Below, one piece after another: positions 39,651 to 47,232 of a stretch of 64,000 bases of DNA (position 1 is the first letter of the stretch; the number at the start of each line of letters is the position of its first letter). The stretch is taken from assembly GCA_900752435.1 (NCBI GenBank), contig CAADVD010000016.1:70367-134366 (forward strand). Reading direction: 5' to 3'. Both the position numbers and the translations under genes were made by a program. Below the pieces are notes generated by a model. It was not told where the DNA came from. It saw nothing but the letters and a program-made list of their open reading frames with translations, and did no database searches. Source of the DNA: Oscillospiraceae bacterium. GTDB taxonomy: Bacteria; Bacillota; Clostridia; Oscillospirales; Ruminococcaceae.

Positions 39651-40361
39651 TTACTCATTATACCAATATCCCTTTTCATCCACCCTCCGAGGATGTTCTT
39701 TCAAATAGGGGCTGTTATCTCCCACAAGCCAATAATCACACACAGTATTGTTGGAACAAGTATGTTTCCGGATTAGGCCTGCATGTAAAAGCTCCATAGC
39801 CGGATAATCTCCATTGCAAAATGCGGGCATTAAGTTTAGATAGTTATGCGCTTTTGCAAATTCTGCAATCGGACATTGTTCAAATTGATAGTGTATGCCT
39901 TTCTCTTTGTCATAAGCGTCCACCTTCATAATATATCCACTGGGGATGGCATTCTTTTCATCTTTTTTTGCTGTGGAAACAAAAGCCTGATTCAACAGTC
40001 TCAACACCAGCGGATGATTCGCATTGATCACTTTTCCCAGCAATTGAAACGCCGGAAGGAATGTCTCATTATTCATCTGATACAGTTCATTCATCGACGG
40101 TTTCTCATCCTGTACTTCATAATAAGCAAAGAGCGCAATGCAGTCATAGGTGCCTCCTGTCCCGTTATGTTCGTTTTTCTTCCCTCCCAGATCAGGAAGA
40201 TCTTGCAGAAATTCAACATACTGCATCTGTACTTTTTCCCACATATCTTGAGCCGCTTCTTCAGAATAATGCATCCGAAGGTGTTTCTGTATGACTGTTT
40301 TCACCCGTTTTGAATAGCACACATGTTTTTCTCGGTCAAAGTTTATGCTTTTTTCATCCAT
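39651..40361 (-). CDS. hypothetical Cys-containing protein (possibly ATC-hydrolase-like, from memory); first gene of the low-GC island
   Basis: 236 aa, AT-rich relative to flanking DNA, start after GAGGTGA. Weak family recollection only. Confidence 0.45.
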   Translation of the reverse strand: MDEKSINFDREKHVCYSKRVKTVIQKHLRMHYSEEAAQDMWEKVQMQYVEFLQDLPDLGGKKNEHNGTGGTYDCIALFAYYEVQDEKPSMNELYQMNNETFLPAFQLLGKVINANHPLVLRLLNQAFVSTAKKDEKNAIPSGYIMKVDAYDKEKGIHYQFEQCPIAEFAKAHNYLNLMPAFCNGDYPAMELLHAGLIRKHTCSNNTVCDYWLVGDNSPYLKEHPRRVDEKGYWYNE

Positions 40362-40568
40362 TAACGTTCACCTCAAATTTAGGTCTACTACTTTATTGTA
40401 ACACGTTCTGCTGTTCATTGCCACTACATTCTCTCCGGATGCTCCTCGGATATCCTTGCACAATCGAATGGTCGTACACAACCGAAAACAGCCCACTGCA
40501 ATACAGTGAGCCGTTCCGGAAAAATATCATATTCGCTTTATGAAAAGGCTTTCGCCCAATCACCAAAA

Positions 40569-41111
40569 TTAATAGTTTTGCGCTTTTACTTGGAAGTAAG
40601 CCTGCGGATGTGCGCATACCGGACAGATTCCCGGCGCTTGTTTGCCAATGTGAATGTGACCGCAGTTGGCGCACTGCCAAATGGTGTCGCCGTCCTTGGA
40701 AAAGACCAGTCCGTCTTTGACATTTGCCAACAGCTTGAGGTAACGTTCCTCGTGTTCCTTTTCGATTCGGCCGACCGCTTCAAACAGATACGCAATGTGG
40801 TCAAAGCCTTCCTCTTTGGCTACTTTGGCAAATTCAGCGTACATGTCCGTCCACTCGTAGTTTTCACCGTCCGCCGCGTCTTTCAGATTGGCCGCTGTGT
40901 CCGGAATGCTGCCGTCGTGAAGCAGTTTAAACCAAATTTTCGCATGCTCTTTTTCGTTGTTGGCAGTTTCTTCAAAAATCTGTGCGATTTGAACGAAACC
41001 GTCTTTTCTTGCCTTGGAAGCGTAATAAGTATACTTGTTTCTTGCCTGGCTCTCGCCCGCAAACGCCGCCTGTAAGTTTGCTTCTGTTCTTGAACCTTTT
41101 AATTCCATCAT
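40569..41111 (-). CDS. rbr: rubrerythrin (ferritin-like diiron domain plus C-terminal rubredoxin-like CxxC...CxxC)
   Basis: ExxH diiron motifs and CANCGH...CPVCAHP. Start at the ATGATG after AAAGAGG. Confidence 0.9.
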   Translation of the reverse strand: MMELKGSRTEANLQAAFAGESQARNKYTYYASKARKDGFVQIAQIFEETANNEKEHAKIWFKLLHDGSIPDTAANLKDAADGENYEWTDMYAEFAKVAKEEGFDHIAYLFEAVGRIEKEHEERYLKLLANVKDGLVFSKDGDTIWQCANCGHIHIGKQAPGICPVCAHPQAYFQVKAQNY

Positions 41112-41161
41112 CAAAACCTCTTTCTTTTTTCGCCTATTGTATCGGATTGCCTGTATGTGTG

Positions 41162-41548
41162 CTAATGTCCTTGTTTTTTGCTGCATTCTTTGCAAGTGCC
41201 GTAAAACAACAGCTCGCAGCGCGATACAGCAAAACCAGTCTGTTCAAAGATGGATTCCTCCAGCGATTTCCACTCTGGAAGCTCCACGTCCAACACCGTT
41301 TTGCATTCACTGCAAATCATGTGAAAATGCGGCTGGGTGCATCCATCAAACCGGTCGCTTCCGTTGGGTACGCTGATTTTTAAAATATCGCCGTTTTGCG
41401 CCAACAGATTGAGGTTGCGATAGACGGTACCCAAACTGATGTTGGGCAATTTTTGGCGAATCAGCGCATACACGTCATCGGCCGTTGGATGAATCCGATT
41501 CTGCAGCACGGTCTCCAAAATTAACTCCCGCTGTTTGGAATATTTCAT
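41162..41548 (-). CDS. perR: Fur-family peroxide-responsive repressor (PerR-like)
   Basis: Fur-family HTH, HFHMIC...C and CxxC metal sites. Directly upstream of rubrerythrin. Confidence 0.8.
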   Translation of the reverse strand: MKYSKQRELILETVLQNRIHPTADDVYALIRQKLPNISLGTVYRNLNLLAQNGDILKISVPNGSDRFDGCTQPHFHMICSECKTVLDVELPEWKSLEESIFEQTGFAVSRCELLFYGTCKECSKKQGH

Positions 41549-41571
41549 TCCTCCACCTCCGCTGTTGTTTA

Positions 41572-41602
41572 ATCAATAATAGTAATCATTACTATTATTG
41601 AT
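41572..41602. promoter_or_regulatory. 31-nt perfect palindrome (14-bp arms TCAATAATAGTAAT/ATTACTATTATTGA); putative PerR/Fur box
   Basis: Seen directly, between the perR -10 element and the SD. Confidence 0.5.
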
Positions 41603-41608
41603 GTGTTT

Positions 41609-41637
41609 ATTATATCGCATCCGCATCCGGTTGTCAA
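41609..41637 (-). promoter_or_regulatory. sigma70-type promoter of the perR-rbr operon (TTGACA, 17 nt, TATAAT)
   Basis: Seen directly. Confidence 0.5.
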
Positions 41638-41878
41638 GGAATTTTTTTATTTTTTCTCCTTTATTTTGAGCGATTTTTGTTTTGCCTATACAAGTCTGCA
41701 AATAAAAAGCCAAGAACGAAATGGAAGTACATTCACAAATCTACACGCCGAAAAAATTTTTTCAAAAAATTTTTCCTTCCGTGAAAGTGTCTGAAATGCC
41801 CATTGTTACACAATTGTTTCCTTTTGGTAACCGTCCAATAGTGTCCTTTTGGTAACTACGCCACAATAAAGTGCTTAC

Positions 41879-41907
41879 TTTACAGGTGAAACTTGCCTGC
41901 GTATAAT
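41879..41907 (+). promoter_or_regulatory. sigma70-type promoter (TTTACA, 17 nt, TATAAT) of the FMN-protein/macro/SIR2 operon
   Basis: Seen directly. Preceded by direct repeats CCTTTTGGTAAC at 41820-41831 and 41855-41866. Confidence 0.45.
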
Positions 41908-42017
41908 ATAGACAAGAGCTACAAAGAGCGGCCGCTCCGAAGCCAAAATGACAAACACTTAGAAAGTTCTTGAACTCATTAACACTTTCGCTACTGATGA
42001 TTAGGAGGACAGAAAAG

Positions 42018-42632
42018 ATGGACTATTTACGATATTTAGAACAAGAAATCCATTCCGTCGTTATGGCAACTGTTGATCATACAGGATTGCCTGTTACCTG
42101 TGCCGTTGACATCATGGATAGTGACGAAAAAGGACTGTATTTTCTTACCGCAAAAGGAAAGGGCTTTTATGACCGATTAAAAAAGAACGGCTATGCTGCA
42201 CTAACCGGAATGAAAGGAAATGATACGCTGTCCTGCGTGGCAGTTTCTGTTCGTGGTAAAGTATGTGAGCTTGGGAGTAAACCGCTTCCTAGGTTGTTTG
42301 CAAAAAACAAATATATGAACGAAATCTACCCAACCGAACAATCCCGCAAAGCTCTTACCGTTTTTCAGCTTTATGAGGGCAGCGGAGAATGGTTTGATCT
42401 TTCAAAGAGGCCGATTGAGCGAGCTTCTTTTACAATTGGAGATAAACAAGAAGAAACACAGGGTTATTGGATTACCAAAAAATGTACCGGCTGTGAAGTC
42501 TGCAAAACCGTTTGTCCGCAGGGCTGTATTGATTTTACGGCCGCCCCTGCTATAATAAAACAGGAAAATTGCCTGCATTGCGGTAACTGTTTGGAGATTT
42601 GTCCGCAAGGTGCAGTTGTTCGGAAAGGATAA
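42018..42632 (+). CDS. pyridoxamine-5'-phosphate-oxidase-like FMN-binding split-barrel protein fused to a 2x[4Fe-4S] ferredoxin domain
   Basis: Start after AGGAGG. The C-terminus carries CTGCEVCKTVCP and CLHCGNCLEICP ferredoxin motifs. Confidence 0.7.
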   Translation: MDYLRYLEQEIHSVVMATVDHTGLPVTCAVDIMDSDEKGLYFLTAKGKGFYDRLKKNGYAALTGMKGNDTLSCVAVSVRGKVCELGSKPLPRLFAKNKYMNEIYPTEQSRKALTVFQLYEGSGEWFDLSKRPIERASFTIGDKQEETQGYWITKKCTGCEVCKTVCPQGCIDFTAAPAIIKQENCLHCGNCLEICPQGAVVRKG

Positions 42633-42636
42633 AAAA

Positions 42637-43416
42637 ATGACACAAACCGAAAGAAGAAAGTATTTGATCTCGGCGCTTTTGAAAGAACAGCCACAGTATT
42701 CTAAAATTGAAATTCCGGCGAGTGAGCAGGAACAAAAAGTTCTGCTCCGTTCGCTTTTTAATATTCGTATGGCACAGCCTGTGAGCGATGAATTTTTAGA
42801 AGTGCAGGACACCTATCTGAAAGAGGAAACCAAGAAAAAGGGGATCACTGACCTTGCCGACTTACAGCCTATACAGCAAGGCTTCTATCTTTGGCAAGGT
42901 GATATTACCACGCTTCGGTGTGACGCTATTGTAAATGCTGCCAACAGTCAAATGCTCGGCTGTTTCTATCCAAATCACGGGTGCATTGATAATGCCATTC
43001 ACACTTTTGCGGGGGTGCAGCTGCGTATTTCTTGTGCGGAATTGATGAAAAAACAGGGACACGAAGAAGCGACGGGAAAAGCAAAGATCACGCCTGCCTT
43101 TAATCTGCCCTGTAAATATGTCATCCATACCGTTGGTCCGATTGTTCGTAATAGGCTTACAAAAAAAGACAAGGAGCTGCTTGCGTCTTGCTACCATTCC
43201 TGTCTGGAGCTGGCGGAAAGAAGGGGTGTGAACAGCATTGCGTTTTGCTGTATTTCTACGGGAGAGTTCCATTTTCCCAATGATCAAGCGGCAAAGATTG
43301 CGATACAGACTGTAAAGGCGTACAAAGCACAGACACACAGCGAAATAGAGGTGATTTTCAATGTTTTTAAGGAAATCGATTATAGCATCTACCGAGAACT
43401 GCTCCGAGCAAATTAA
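42637..43416 (+). CDS. macrodomain protein (ADP-ribose-binding/hydrolase; SirTM-associated type)
   Basis: GDITTLRCDAIVNAANSQMLG...HTVGP macro motifs. Start is 5 nt after the upstream stop. Confidence 0.8.
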   Translation: MTQTERRKYLISALLKEQPQYSKIEIPASEQEQKVLLRSLFNIRMAQPVSDEFLEVQDTYLKEETKKKGITDLADLQPIQQGFYLWQGDITTLRCDAIVNAANSQMLGCFYPNHGCIDNAIHTFAGVQLRISCAELMKKQGHEEATGKAKITPAFNLPCKYVIHTVGPIVRNRLTKKDKELLASCYHSCLELAERRGVNSIAFCCISTGEFHFPNDQAAKIAIQTVKAYKAQTHSEIEVIFNVFKEIDYSIYRELLRAN

Positions 43417-44227
43417 CAAGCTGAAAAAAGAGCTCGAAACTGCCGATGCTATCGTAATCGGAGCAGGTGCGGGAATGTCTGCTTCGGCGGGTTTTGCGTA
43501 TGACGGCGAACGGTTCAAACGGTATTTTTCCGACTTTGAAGCAAAATACGGTTTTCACGATATGTATTCCGGCGGATTTTACCCTTATGAAACATTAGAG
43601 GAATACTGGGCGTGGTGGTCGCGGCATATATGGATAAACCGATATGATATTGGTGTTGGAAAACCATATGCCGATTTGCTGGAGCTTATAAAGGACAAGG
43701 ACTATTTTGTGCTTACCACCAACGTGGATCACCAATTCCAGCTTGCCGGTTTTGATAAAAAACGGCTGTTCTATACGCAGGGAGATTACGGCTTGTGGCA
43801 GTGCTCCAAAGCCTGTCACGATCAAACCTATGACAATGAGGACGCCGTGCGAATCATGGTGGCAGAACAAAAGAATATGAAAATCCCCACCAATCGGATT
43901 CCGAAGTGCCCTGTCTGCGGTGCTCCTATGACCATGAACTTACGCTGTGATGATCAATTCGTACAGGATAAAGGCTGGTATGCCGCCGCTGACCGATACG
44001 ATGACTTTATCCGTCGCCACAAAGATTTGCATATTCTGTTTTGGGAAATGGGCGTCGGGTTGAATACTCCTGTTATCATTAAATATCCGTTCTGGCAGAT
44101 GACGGCAAAGAACCCGAAAGCGGTCTATGCCTGCGTCAATGCCGGGGAGACTTATGCTCCAAGGGAAATCAAAGACCGATCCATCTGTATCAATGCAGAT
44201 ATTGGGGAGGTACTGGAACAATTATAA
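43361..44227 (+). CDS. SIR2-family protein, macrodomain-linked (SirTM-like putative protein ADP-ribosyltransferase)
   Basis: GAGAGMSASAG, TTNVDHQ and CPVCG zinc ribbon. The ATG lies 56 nt inside the macro gene, after AGAGGTGA. Confidence 0.8.
   Translation: MFLRKSIIASTENCSEQINKLKKELETADAIVIGAGAGMSASAGFAYDGERFKRYFSDFEAKYGFHDMYSGGFYPYETLEEYWAWWSRHIWINRYDIGVGKPYADLLELIKDKDYFVLTTNVDHQFQLAGFDKKRLFYTQGDYGLWQCSKACHDQTYDNEDAVRIMVAEQKNMKIPTNRIPKCPVCGAPMTMNLRCDDQFVQDKGWYAAADRYDDFIRRHKDLHILFWEMGVGLNTPVIIKYPFWQMTAKNPKAVYACVNAGETYAPREIKDRSICINADIGEVLEQL
44048..44227 (+). repeat. copy 1 (in the intact gene) of the SIR2 3'-end direct repeat
   Basis: About 80 nt are near-identical to 45866-45946 and there is about 70-75% identity to 46766-46930. 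Confidence 0.7.
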
Positions 44228-44430
44228 AACAACAGATTTAATTACACTTCTATGGTGTCATTTATCGTGTCAAACACTGGTTAGAATAATGGGTAGAATC
44301 GATATGCTTTCATTCTATAACTTGGAAAATAGCATTGAATTTGAGTGTAATACTCGCCTACATTTGTGGGCATAATGAAAAATATCAGGTCAAATCGGGT
44401 CGTGATTGGGTCAGAATCGGGTCATGTGCA

Positions 44431-44459
44431 TTGACGCGATTGCCCCGATTTGATATAAT
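44431..44459 (+). promoter_or_regulatory. sigma70-type promoter (TTGACG, 17 nt, TATAAT) for the AlbA_2 gene
   Basis: Seen directly. Upstream direct repeats ATCGGGTC occur twice at 44393-44427. Confidence 0.55.
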
Positions 44460-44493
44460 GTGTCCAGCGAATGAAAGCAAAGGAGATGGTATT

Positions 44494-45843
44494 ATGCTTT
44501 TTCGGGAAAGTGAAACCGTAGAACTGAAGGAAGTAATTGTAGATGATATAAAAAAGGAAATCATTGCTTTTGCTAACTGTGACGGCGGCAAACTGTATAT
44601 AGGTGTCCGGGATGATGGTACAGTCGTTGGCCTTGATGATCCTGACGGCGTTTCTTTACAGATCAGCAATATGGTAAGGGATGCAATCAAGCCCGATGTG
44701 ACGATGTTCCTGCATTATAAAACGATAAAGGAAGATGGAAAAGACCTTGTTGCGGTGGAGATTCAGCGCGGAACGAATCGCCCGTATTATCTTGCTAAAA
44801 AAGGGATGCGGCCAGAAGGCGTATATGTCAGGCAGGGATATTCTTCTGTTCCGGCCACTGACACGGCAATCCGCCATATGATTAAGGAAACGGATGGAGA
44901 CCGCTTTGAGGCTATGCGCTGCTTAAATCAGGAACTTACATTTGAAGCCGCAAAAAAAGAATTTGATCTTCGGGAAGTAGAGTTCGGACCACAGCAAATG
45001 CGTACTTTGAAGCTGATTGATCAAGATAACCTTTATAGCAATTTAGGCCTGCTTCTGTCCGATCAATGCGTCCATACGATTAAAGTCGCTGTTTTTCAGG
45101 GAACAGATCAGACAGTTTTTAAGGATCGCCGGGAATTTTCCGGATCGCTGATGCAGCAAATGAATGAAGTCTATGATTTTATTGACTTCCGTAATCAAAC
45201 CCGTGCAACCATAAAAAAGCTGTATAGAATTGATGTCAGGGACTACCCGGAAATCGCCGTTAGGGAAGCGTTACTAAATCTGCTGGTTCATCGCGATTAT
45301 TCCTTTAGTGCCAGTGCGCTTATCAGTATTTATGATGACCGGATTGAATTTATATCGATTGGCGGATTGATGCCGGGAATTGACCTGGAGGATATTATGG
45401 TAGGCATTTCTGTATGCAGAAACCAGGATCTTGCGAATGTGTTCTACCGGCTGCACTTGATTGAGGCTTATGGTACCGGAATGGGAAAGATTATGAGGGC
45501 ATACGAAGGTATGGAAGAAAAGCCCTTGATTGAAACGACCAAAAATGCCTTTAAGATCATATTGCCTAACATTAACGCAAAATATGAAATGGGAAAGGTT
45601 TCTGCACCGAAAACAGAATCAATCACAAATTCTGTTGCCGGAGCTAAAAAAAGCCTGAGCAATGAAGAAAGAGTATTGGAATATGCTCAGTCTCATGGTG
45701 TTATTACAAGAAATGATGTCATCGAATTGCTTGAAGTAAGTACATCTACCGCTTCCAGAGTTATTCGGAAAATGGTAAAAAACAACTTGCTAAAGCGGAA
45801 TGGAAAAGCAAGAAGCACCAATTACACTGTTATAAAACAGTAA
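44494..45843 (+). CDS. Schlafen/AlbA_2 (divergent AAA) domain protein with C-terminal HATPase-like region and HTH (RecG-like putative transcriptional regulator)
   Basis: N-terminal ...LKEVIVDDIKKEIIAFANCDGGKLYIGV... is typical of AlbA_2. C-terminal winged HTH. Start after AAAGGAGATGG. Confidence 0.75.
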   Translation: MLFRESETVELKEVIVDDIKKEIIAFANCDGGKLYIGVRDDGTVVGLDDPDGVSLQISNMVRDAIKPDVTMFLHYKTIKEDGKDLVAVEIQRGTNRPYYLAKKGMRPEGVYVRQGYSSVPATDTAIRHMIKETDGDRFEAMRCLNQELTFEAAKKEFDLREVEFGPQQMRTLKLIDQDNLYSNLGLLLSDQCVHTIKVAVFQGTDQTVFKDRREFSGSLMQQMNEVYDFIDFRNQTRATIKKLYRIDVRDYPEIAVREALLNLLVHRDYSFSASALISIYDDRIEFISIGGLMPGIDLEDIMVGISVCRNQDLANVFYRLHLIEAYGTGMGKIMRAYEGMEEKPLIETTKNAFKIILPNINAKYEMGKVSAPKTESITNSVAGAKKSLSNEERVLEYAQSHGVITRNDVIELLEVSTSTASRVIRKMVKNNLLKRNGKARSTNYTVIKQ

Positions 45844-45844
45844 A

Positions 45845-46027
45845 ATGGTGCGCAATAAACATAACACCCCTGTTATCATTAAATATCCGTTCTGGCAGAT
45901 GACGGCAAAGAACCCGAAAGCGGTCTATGCCTGCGTCAATGCCGGGGAGGCTTATGTGCCAAAGGAAATCACAGACCGTGCAATCTGTATAAATGGAGAC
46001 ATTGGTCAGATTCTGGAGAAAATATAG
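45845..46027 (+). pseudogene. orphan SIR2 C-terminal fragment (copy 2 of the repeat)
   Basis: 60-aa ORF MVRNKHNTPVIIKYPFWQMTAKNPKAVYACVNAGEAYVPKEITDRAICINGDIGQILEKI aligns with the last ~57 aa of the SIR2 gene. No SD; the ATG is 1 nt after the AlbA_2 stop. Confidence 0.5.
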
Positions 46028-46062
46028 GCGGCGCCTACCATAAGTAAACGCCGCCTCTGTTC

Positions 46063-46329
46063 TTAAAACTGGTCTAAAATATCATGGTGTCCGACATCAA
46101 TGAGGATAATCATTTTGTCGCCCTCGTAGTACCAGATAATGCGGATGTCCATGTTGACGCTGCATTCAAACAAATCTCTGGTGCCTTGGATGCGCTTGGT
46201 GCGTAGGGATGGGTGCATAGGATTCTCAGCTAAAAGCTGCAATTTATTTTAAAGCTGCTTTTTCTCCTGTGCGCTCAGACCTTTAAAGTGTTTTTGAAAC
46301 CGTTTGGTAAAGGTAAACTGGTAGGCCAT
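46063..46329 (-). pseudogene. RelE/ParE-family type II toxin gene disrupted by an in-frame TAA at codon 27
   Basis: Reading through the stop gives MAYQFTFTKRFQKHFKGLSAQEKKQL*NKLQLLAENPMHPSLRTKRIQGTRDLFECSVNMDIRIIWYYEGDKMIILIDVGHHDILDQF, a ParE/RelE fold signature. The ATG overlaps the antitoxin stop (ATGA). Confidence 0.6.
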
Positions 46330-46589
46330 CAATCCGCCTCCAGTTTCGCAAACAGTGCGTCTACACTGTCGAATACGGGCTGTTCGCCGGAGGCAATCTT
46401 TGCTTTTGCCTCGTCAATTTCTCCTCGGAGCTCATCGAGGTACTTTTTCGGATATACGGCAACCGGCATCATGCAGATGGTTCCGTCCTGCTCGAAAATG
46501 TCCAGCATATCGCCTTCAGATAGTCCCAGTTTTACGATGATTTCTTTGGGGATGGTAATCTGTGACTTCTGACGTAATTCGGCCAGCAT
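46329..46589 (-). CDS. AbrB/MazE (SpoVT_AbrB)-type antitoxin
   Basis: SQITIPKEIIVKLGLSEGDML swapped-hairpin motif, SD AAGGAGATG, directly upstream of the toxin remnant. Confidence 0.7.
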   Translation of the reverse strand: MLAELRQKSQITIPKEIIVKLGLSEGDMLDIFEQDGTICMMPVAVYPKKYLDELRGEIDEAKAKIASGEQPVFDSVDALFAKLEAD

Positions 46590-46744
46590 ACAATCATCTC
46601 CTTTGCTGCAAGAGTGAAAGTAGGAATTTCTAACTTTCTTACTTATAGTATATCCACTTTTGGAGGATTATGCAAGAGAATGCGAAAAAATTCACAAAGT
46701 AAAACAATATTATTCCACGTAAAAGGCATGAATGGTTTCATAAA

Positions 46745-46930
46745 ATGGCGCGCAATAAACACAGCACCCCTGTTATCATTAAATATCCGTTCTGGCAGAT
46801 GACGGCCCAAAACAGGAAAGCCACCTATGCTTGTATCAACTTCGAACAGGCTGTCTGCCCGAAAGAGATTCAAGGGCAGTCTATCTGCATTGACAGCGAC
46901 ATCGGAAGCGTCTTAAATGCTCTAAAATAA
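46745..46930 (+). pseudogene. orphan SIR2 C-terminal fragment (copy 3 of the repeat)
   Basis: 61-aa ORF MARNKHSTPVIIKYPFWQMTAQNRKATYACINFEQAVCPKEIQGQSICIDSDIGSVLNALK. No SD. Confidence 0.5.
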
Positions 46931-47232
46931 GAGAGCGGCAAAGAAAAAGGGCGCTGCCAAAACGACAGCGCCGCAACACAAAAGAAAGGAAGAATGGAAG
47001 GGTAAACAGTCCACAGAAACAAATTGTCCGTATTGCGTCATTTTTTCATTGAAAAAGATTGAAAAATTTTTCATTTTATGCTTAAATGAAAAAGGTACAA
47101 TGCAGTTTCAAACAACACAATTGACAATTCATTTTTGAGTACATCCATAGTATAACACAAACACCCCCATGAGTTTGTCGAAAAACTGTATGTTTATCAT
47201 GAAATTTTTATGACCGAAAGGAAACTTTTCCG

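Noticed and set aside
38567-39799. 410-aa plus-strand ORF
   Set aside because: Antisense to pdp. Arg/His/Cys-rich shadow frame.
43361-43416. Possible mis-called start of the SIR2 gene because it overlaps the macro gene by 56 nt
   Set aside because: There is no alternative in-frame ATG, GTG or TTG with an SD before the GAGAG motif, whereas AGAGGTGA precedes the ATG at 43361. The overlap was kept as genuine translational coupling.
45845-46027. Treating the 60-aa and 61-aa sirtuin-like ORFs (45845-46027, 46745-46930) as independent functional genes
   Set aside because: They lack SDs, correspond only to the C-terminal ~57 residues of a Rossmann-fold enzyme, and could not fold alone. Called as orphan fragments or pseudogenes.
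44048-46930. Possibility that the three ~160-bp repeats are a CRISPR array
   Set aside because: The repeat units are about 150 bp, protein-coding and diverged. They are separated by kilobase-scale gene cargo rather than 30-40-bp spacers. No cas genes are present.
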